Of a stretch of DNA of 4,561 bases, positions 1 through 4,561 are shown one piece after another. A program made the translations under genes and the position numbers. This stretch comes from a virus (taxonomy: Duplodnaviria > Heunggongvirae > Uroviricota > Caudoviricetes): the IMG/VR virus record IMGVR_UViG_2706794677_000005; one strand, given 5' to 3'. Numbering within the stretch: position 1 is the stretch's first letter; every line of letters begins with the position of its first letter. Below the pieces are notes generated by a model, which saw only the letters and a program-made list of their open reading frames with translations, did not search any database and was not told the DNA's origin.

Positions 1-116
1 GGGAATATCTCCCCGGCAGCCTTCAGGGAAAAATATCATCAGATGGCTGCTTAAAAAAAGAACAAATGGTAGTGTCCGCTATTGCCAGTACACCTCAAGG
101 ATAAGGCTAAAAAATC

Positions 117-1613
117 ATGACGATAAGTTTTAATACTGTTCCGTCGAATACGCTGGTGCCGTTGTTCTACGCCGAGATGAACAATTCTGCGGCAAATACA
201 GCGGTGACCAGCGCGCCTGCATTACTGATCGGGCATGCCAGCAACGATGCAGCCATTGAGGTTAACAGCCTGGTGCTGATGCCATCGGCAGATTATGCCC
301 GCCAGATTTGTGGGGCGGGGAGCCAGCTGGCGCGTATGGTGGAAGTCTACCGTCAGACAGATCCTTTCGGTGAACTGTATGTTATTGCAGTACCGGAAGC
401 CAGAGGGGCGGCGGCGACGGTCAGGGTGACGGTTGCCGGAGAAGCAGAGGAAAGCGGCACCCTGAGTCTGTATGTCGGGCGCTCCCGTGTACAGGTGCCT
501 GTGGTGAATGGCGATGATGCCACTGCGGTTGCCACCGCGATTAAGGAAGCGGTAAACGGGGTTATCACCCTGCCGTTTACGGCGTCATCTGATGCAGGTG
601 TGGTGACGCTGACTGCCCGTCATAAGGGGCTGTATGGTAATGAGTTACCGGTCTGTCTGAATTATTATGGTTCTGGTGGTGGTGAGATTCTGCCAGCAGG
701 GCTTCGGGTGGTGACGGAAGTCGGTGCTGCCGGTAGCGGAGCGCCTGATCTTACCGCCGCTGTTGCTGCTATGGGCGATGAGGCATTCGACTTTATCGGT
801 CTGCCGTTCAACGATGCCGCCTCCATCAATATGATGATGACCGAAATGAATGACAGCAGCGGTCGCTGGAGTTATGCGCGCCAGTTATACGGGCATGGCT
901 ATACCGCAAAACTGGGAACGCTGTCAGAGCTGGTTGGTGCCGGAGATATGCATAATCAGCAACATATCACGCTTGCCGGTTACGAAAAAGAAACCCAGTC
1001 GCCTGTCGATGAACTGGTTGCCAGTCGCCTTGCCCGTGAAGCGGTATTTATCCGGAATGATCCTGCCCGTCCGACACAGACGGGGGAGCTGGTGGGGATG
1101 CTTCCGGCACCGAAAGGTAAGCGATTCATCATGACAGAGCAGCAGACCCTTTTATCTCACGGCGTGGCGACGGCTTATGTGGAAGGCGGCACGTTGCAGA
1201 TCCAGCGTTCCGTAACCACCTACAAAAAGAATGCGTATGGCGTGGCAGACAACAGCTATCTGGACAGTGAAACTCTGCATACCAGTGCATATGTTCTTCG
1301 CAAACTGAAATCGGTCATCACAAGCAAGTACGGACGTCACAAGCTGGCAAATGATGGTACCCGTTTTGGTCCGGGGCAGGCGATTGTCACTCCTGCCGTT
1401 ATCAAAGGGGAACTTCTGGCGACATATCGTCAGATGGAGCGTGCCGGTATTGTGGAAAATTACGATCTGTTTAAACAGTATCTGATAGTTGAGCGTGATG
1501 CAGATAACCCGAACCGACTGAATACGCTGTTCCCGCCGGATTATGTTAATCAGTTACGTGTCTTTGCGGTGGTTAACCAGTTCCGTCTTCAGTATTCAGA
1601 GGAGTCAGCATAA
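117..1613 (+). CDS. Phage contractile tail sheath protein (Mu gpL-like), 498 aa
   Basis: Longest ORF in the window, and ATG 117 is the first start after an in-frame stop at 108-110. AAGG Shine-Dalgarno-like motifs lie at 97-100 and 104-107. Size (~500 aa) and N-terminus (MTISFNTVPSNTLVPLFYAEM...) match my memory of Mu-like sheath proteins. It sits immediately upstream of a ~118 aa tube gene, a frameshifted chaperone and a tape measure gene, which is the canonical myovirus order. Family assignment is from memory, not a search. Confidence 0.75.
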   Translation: MTISFNTVPSNTLVPLFYAEMNNSAANTAVTSAPALLIGHASNDAAIEVNSLVLMPSADYARQICGAGSQLARMVEVYRQTDPFGELYVIAVPEARGAAATVRVTVAGEAEESGTLSLYVGRSRVQVPVVNGDDATAVATAIKEAVNGVITLPFTASSDAGVVTLTARHKGLYGNELPVCLNYYGSGGGEILPAGLRVVTEVGAAGSGAPDLTAAVAAMGDEAFDFIGLPFNDAASINMMMTEMNDSSGRWSYARQLYGHGYTAKLGTLSELVGAGDMHNQQHITLAGYEKETQSPVDELVASRLAREAVFIRNDPARPTQTGELVGMLPAPKGKRFIMTEQQTLLSHGVATAYVEGGTLQIQRSVTTYKKNAYGVADNSYLDSETLHTSAYVLRKLKSVITSKYGRHKLANDGTRFGPGQAIVTPAVIKGELLATYRQMERAGIVENYDLFKQYLIVERDADNPNRLNTLFPPDYVNQLRVFAVVNQFRLQYSEESA

Positions 1614-1969
1614 TGGCAAAGATCGCCGGAACCTGTTTTTTTAAAGTGGATGGTCAGCAGTTATCGCTGACAGGTGGCATTGAAGTGCCGATGAACACCA
1701 ATGTCCGGGATGACATCGTCGGCATGGCAGGGGATGTGGATTACAAGGAGACCTGGCGGTCACCTTACGTTAAGGGCACGTTTAAAGTGCCCAAAAACTT
1801 TCCGGTCGACAAAATTACCACCTCAGACCAGATGACGATTACCGCTGAGCTGGCAAACGGCATGGTGTATGTGCTTTCGGCGGCATGGCTGCACGGAGAG
1901 GCTAATCATAATGCCGAAGAAGGCACGGCAGATCTTGAATTCCACGGCGAAGAGGGAGGGTATCAGTAA
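1613..1969 (+). CDS. Phage tail tube protein (Mu gpM-like), 118 aa
   Basis: ATG 1613-1615 overlaps the sheath stop TAA 1611-1613 (TAATG junction). GAGGAG Shine-Dalgarno at 1599-1604 gives an 8-nt spacer. Small size and position directly after the sheath gene are typical of the tube subunit. Confidence 0.65.
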   Translation: MAKIAGTCFFKVDGQQLSLTGGIEVPMNTNVRDDIVGMAGDVDYKETWRSPYVKGTFKVPKNFPVDKITTSDQMTITAELANGMVYVLSAAWLHGEANHNAEEGTADLEFHGEEGGYQ

Positions 1970-2304
1970 TGGCAATGAACGTTACAGAAATAGTTTTAAA
2001 AAAACCGGTGACAGCGCATAACGAAATGCTGCATGTGCTGGAGTTGCGCGAGCCCACGTATGACGAAATCGAGGCGCTGGGTTTTCCTTTCATTATTTCC
2101 GGTGAAGGCAGTATTAAACTGGACAGCCAGGTGGCACTGAAATATATCCCGTTGCTGGCGGGGATCCCGCGTTCATCGGCGGCGCAGATGGCAAAACTGG
2201 ATATTTTTAAGACCAGCATGCAGATCCTGCGTTTTTTTACCCAGTCGGAGACGGGAAGCACCTCCGGAAACGACTCTACAATGTTGCCTGGTTCTGGAAA
2301 CTGA
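1969..2304 (+). CDS. Tail assembly chaperone, short zero-frame product (lambda G / P2 E / Mu gp41 analogue), 111 aa
   Basis: ATG 1969-1971 overlaps the tube stop TAA 1967-1969 (second TAATG junction). GGGAGGG Shine-Dalgarno at 1954-1960 gives an 8-nt spacer. It sits between the tube and tape measure genes, where the frameshifting chaperone is found in long-tailed phages. Zero-frame stop is TGA 2302-2304. Confidence 0.6.
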   Translation: MAMNVTEIVLKKPVTAHNEMLHVLELREPTYDEIEALGFPFIISGEGSIKLDSQVALKYIPLLAGIPRSSAAQMAKLDIFKTSMQILRFFTQSETGSTSGNDSTMLPGSGN

Positions 2305-2396
2305 ATCCACTGGAGCTGCGACGGGGGGCTGTTTCGCAGTTTACAGAACTGGAAGCCGAGGCCGTCCGCATTAACGAGGAGATGAAGCATGGCTGA
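1969..2396 (+). CDS. Tail assembly chaperone, predicted -1 frameshift fusion product (join 1969..2238 with 2238..2396; about 142 aa)
   Basis: The -1 frame is open from 2211 (after TAA 2208-2210) to TGA 2394-2396, overlapping the zero-frame ORF over 2211-2304. A T7 tract at 2232-2238 forms an in-register slippery heptamer T_TTT_TTT. The -1 frame stop overlaps the tape measure start (ATGGCTGA, 2389-2396). Predicted extension: ...QILRFF-YPVGDGKHLRKRLYNVAWFWKLNPLELRRGAVSQFTELEAEAVRINEEMKHG. Confidence 0.5.
2232..2238 (+). promoter_or_regulatory. Putative -1 ribosomal frameshift slippery heptamer T_TTT_TTT
   Basis: Seven consecutive T (2232-2238) in the X_XXY_YYZ register of the chaperone frame (codons cgT TTT TTT). 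It is the only strong slippery motif inside the 2211-2304 two-frame overlap. The P2 E/E' frameshift is reported at a similar T-run (from memory). Confidence 0.45.
2246..2266 (+). promoter_or_regulatory. Possible frameshift-stimulating hairpin (CGGAG / CUCCG stem, 11-nt loop)
   Basis: 5-bp stem cggag (2246-2250) pairing with ctccg (2262-2266) around the loop acgggaagcac. It starts 7 nt after the slippery heptamer, which is in the usual 5-9 nt spacer range. A stem this short could occur by chance. Confidence 0.2.
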
Positions 2397-4301
2397 CAGT
2401 TTTCAGCTGAAGGCGATCATCACTGCCGTGGATAAGGTATCGGCACCGCTGAAGGGAATGCAGCGCCAGCTGAAAGGTTTTAAAAAGGAGTTTGCCAGCC
2501 TGTTACTGGGCGCAGCGGGTGCCGGAACCGCAGTACTGGGGGCGCTGGCGCTCCCGGTCAAATCTGCCATTGCCCTTGAATCAAAAATGGCGGATGTCCG
2601 GAAAGTGGTGGATGGTCTGGATACGCCGGAAGCGTTTAAGGCAATGACGGAGCAGGTGCGCGACCTGTCAACAGAACTGCCCATGTCGGCGGAAGGTATC
2701 GCCGAAATTGTGGCGGCGGGTGGTCAGGCTGGTATCGCCCGTGACGAGCTGATGCAGTTTACTGACGATGCCGTGAAGATGGGCGTGGCCTTTGACACCA
2801 CGGCAGAAGAATCCGGTCAGATGATGGCGCAGTGGCGCACTGCCTTTAAACTGACACAGGGAGAGGTGGCAGGGCTTGCGGATAAGATTAACTATCTTGG
2901 TAATACCGGTCCTGCAAGTGCGAAAAAGATTTCTGATGTTGTGACCCGTATTGGCCCTTTAGGCAGTGTTGCGGGTGTGGCCTCCGGAGAGATTGCCGCA
3001 ATGGGGGCAACCATTGCCGGAATGGGGGTGGAGTCAGAAATTGCTGCGACGGGGATAAAGAATTTTATGTTGTCGCTGACAGCGAGGGATTCTGCCACCA
3101 AATCGCAGAAAAAAGTGCTCCGCTCGTTGCGCATTAGCCCGAAAAAACTGGCGGCGGATATGCAGAAAGACGCCCGCGGGGCCATGCTGCACGTACTGGA
3201 TTCTCTGGCAAAAGTGCCGAAAGAAAAACAGGCTGCTGTGCTGAAAGCGCTGTTCGGGAAGGAATCNNNNNNNNNNNNNNNNNNNNNNNNNNNNNNNNNN
3301 NNNNNNNNNNNNNNNNNNNNNNNNNNNNNNNNNNNNNNNNNNNNNNNNNNNNNNNNNNNNNNNNNNNNNNNNNNNNNNNNNNNNNNNNNNNNNNNNNNNN
3401 NNNNNNNNNNNNNNNNNNNNNNNNNNNNNNNNNNNNNNNNNNNNNNNNNNNNNNNNNNNNNNNNNNNNNNNNNNNNNNNNNNNNNNNCAGAGAAAATCCT
3501 GAGGTCGTAAAAACCATCGCGAAAACTGGTGCGGCATTACTGACGATGGGCGTGGCGATTGGCACATTGACACGCATAACAAAAATCATGGGTAGCGTGA
3601 TGAATATGACGCCGGCAAAGGGATTAATTGCGCTTCTCGTCGGTGGTGCATATCTCATAATTGATAACTGGGAAACGGTCGGTCCGGTTGTGAAAAAAGT
3701 CTGGCAGGAGGTTGATCAGGTTGTCAGAGCAATGGGGGGATGGGAACAGGCAGTAAAAACAATAGCAACGGTTTCTGCCCTGTATATTGGTGTGAAGGCG
3801 GTGGCAAGTATTCGTGCGGCAACAGTCGCCCAGAATCAATGGACAACGGCGGCAGGAAAAACAGGGCTGAAATTAAAGGGCCTCGGAAAGATCAGTCTGA
3901 TTGGTGGATTGCTTGAACTGGGCATGATGGCGCAGGAGTTTGAAAAAGCACATCCCTGGCTTGTTAAAAATTTTGTGGCTGATGCACTGAACAGTGGATT
4001 TGGTCTGAATGATAAGTTCGACGAGTGGGGCAAACAGTTCCATGATTTTGTCTATGACATGACCGGATGGCAGATGCCACGTGGTGATGGGTATTTATCT
4101 CCCGATAAACGCTACACCCCGAATGTATCACTGGAAAGGAATCAGCTGTTAAGCCTTGCATCTTCACCGGCAACCCGCAGCGAACTTAAGGTGACGTTTG
4201 ACAACGCGCCGCCTGGAATGCGCGTTATCGATTTGCCGAAAACAGGCGATCCCTTTATGAAAATCACCCATGATGTTGGGTATTCTCCATTTAAAAGGTG
4301 A
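2389..4301 (+). CDS. Phage tail tape measure protein (Mu gp42-like), one gene interrupted by an assembly gap at 3267-3487
   Basis: ATG 2389 with GAGGAG Shine-Dalgarno at 2376-2381 (7-nt spacer). The N-terminal part is Ala/Gly/Met-rich with a motif typical of tape measure core regions (EIAAMGATIAGMGVESEIAATGIKNFMLSL). Downstream of the gap the reading frame is open from the first called base (3489: RENPEVVKTIAKTGAALLTMGVAIG...) to TGA 4299-4301, so track ORFs 2389..3510 and 3546..4301 are two pieces of one gene. Visible coding is about 292 + 271 codons plus the unknown gap content. Confidence 0.8.
3267..3487. other. Assembly gap (221 N) inside the tape measure gene
   Basis: Uninterrupted run of n from 3267 to 3487. 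The flanking coding frames differ (5' part in frame 1, 3' part in frame 0), as expected if the gap length is an estimate. Confidence 0.95.
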
Positions 4302-4368
4302 GTTCTTTTTTTGTGGTGAAAGATGAGGCAAAATTATCGCGTAACATGCTAACAATGGAGTTTGTTTT

Positions 4369-4500
4369 GTGATAAAGCCATTTTTAATGACGGTTGCAAT
4401 ATTAACCTCTTGCTGTGCTCAGGCGAAAATACTAACAAATGAGGAGATTGTTTCACGATTTATTAGTAACGTTAAAACGGTGATGCTGCCAACTTACTGA
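4369..4500 (+). CDS. Hypothetical small exported peptide or lipoprotein (43 codons from GTG; alternative ATG at 4387)
   Basis: GGAG at 4357-4360 lies 8 nt upstream of GTG 4369. Translation V/MIKPFLMTVAILTSCCAQAKILTNEEIVSRFISNVKTVMLPTY has a short signal-like N-terminus (basic K, hydrophobic PFLMTVAIL), then a lipobox-like L-T-S-C and also an A-Q-A signal peptidase I-type site. It lies in the AT-rich segment after the tape measure gene. The ORF is very short and has no homology support here. Confidence 0.3.
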   Translation: MIKPFLMTVAILTSCCAQAKILTNEEIVSRFISNVKTVMLPTY

Positions 4501-4561
4501 TTTAGTGTATGATGGTGTTTTTGAGGTGCTCCAGTGGCTTCTGTTTCTATCAGCTGTCCCT

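Noticed and set aside
1-54. Possible C-terminal end of an upstream + strand gene (frame open from the window edge to TAA 52-54, ...GNISPAAFREKYHQMAA*)
   Set aside because: Only 17 codons are visible, which is too short to support a call. It is plausible given the operon context but cannot be shown from this window.
850-1134. + strand ORF of 94 aa in an alternative frame inside the sheath gene
   Set aside because: It is wholly embedded in the 498-aa sheath ORF in another frame, with an Arg/Trp/Ser-rich low-complexity translation. It is an overlap artefact.
3546-3548. ATG 3546 as the start of an independent gene
   Set aside because: The same frame is open upstream to the first called base after the gap (3489) and reads as continuing tape measure sequence. 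The track start is just the first in-frame ATG after the gap.
3034-3658. Minus-strand track ORFs 3034..3582 and 3134..3658 spanning the N run
   Set aside because: They are open only because the N run translates as X. They are not real reading frames.
4291-4313. T-run (4306-4312) just after the tape measure stop as an intrinsic terminator
   Set aside because: There is no GC-rich stem immediately upstream of the T-run, so it does not fit a canonical rho-independent terminator.
353-4355. Minus-strand track ORFs 353..568, 1152..1340, 1902..2390, 2403..2684, 2892..3185, 3624..3839, 3836..4033, 3964..4173 and 4164..4355
   Set aside because: All lie antisense within the well-supported + strand tail genes, lack convincing ribosome-binding sites, and have Ser/Arg/Cys/His-rich compositions typical of shadow ORFs.
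4302-4368. Sigma70-type promoter upstream of the small ORF
   Set aside because: Only weak hexamer matches (for example ttgtgg and ttatcg or taacat) with poor spacing. It cannot be distinguished from chance in AT-rich DNA.
4509-4561. ATGATG at 4509 opening a frame that runs off the window edge (MMVFLRCSSGFCFYQLS...)
   Set aside because: There is no Shine-Dalgarno upstream and only 17 codons are visible. It may be the start of the next gene, but that is unsupported here.
1-4561. CRISPR arrays, tRNA or rRNA genes, insertion sequence ends
   Set aside because: I found no periodic direct repeats with spacers, no cloverleaf-like conserved tRNA elements, and no terminal inverted repeats or transposase-like ORFs.

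Overview
This window is the core of a contractile-tail phage tail operon, all on the + strand, and I see no convincing evidence of a novel system in it. The gene order is tail sheath (117-1613), tail tube (1613-1969), tail assembly chaperone (1969-2304) with a probable programmed -1 frameshift extension ending at 2396, and tape measure protein (2389-4301). The tape measure gene is interrupted by a 221-nt run of N (3267-3487), which is an assembly gap. The gene order and sizes resemble the Mu-like L / M / gp41 / gp42 block, analogous to P2 FI-FII-E/E'-T; this is recognised from memory of these families, not from a search. The genes are tightly coupled, with TAATG stop/start overlaps and Shine-Dalgarno motifs 7-8 nt upstream of each start. 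The one part the tail genes do not explain is the last ~260 bp (4302-4561), which is AT-rich (about 38% G+C by hand count) and carries a 43-codon ORF with an export signal and lipobox. That is a candidate phage 'moron', but it is short, unverified and cut off by the window edge. No rRNA, tRNA, CRISPR array or IS element is visible. The minus-strand ORFs in the track are antisense shadows of the + strand genes.
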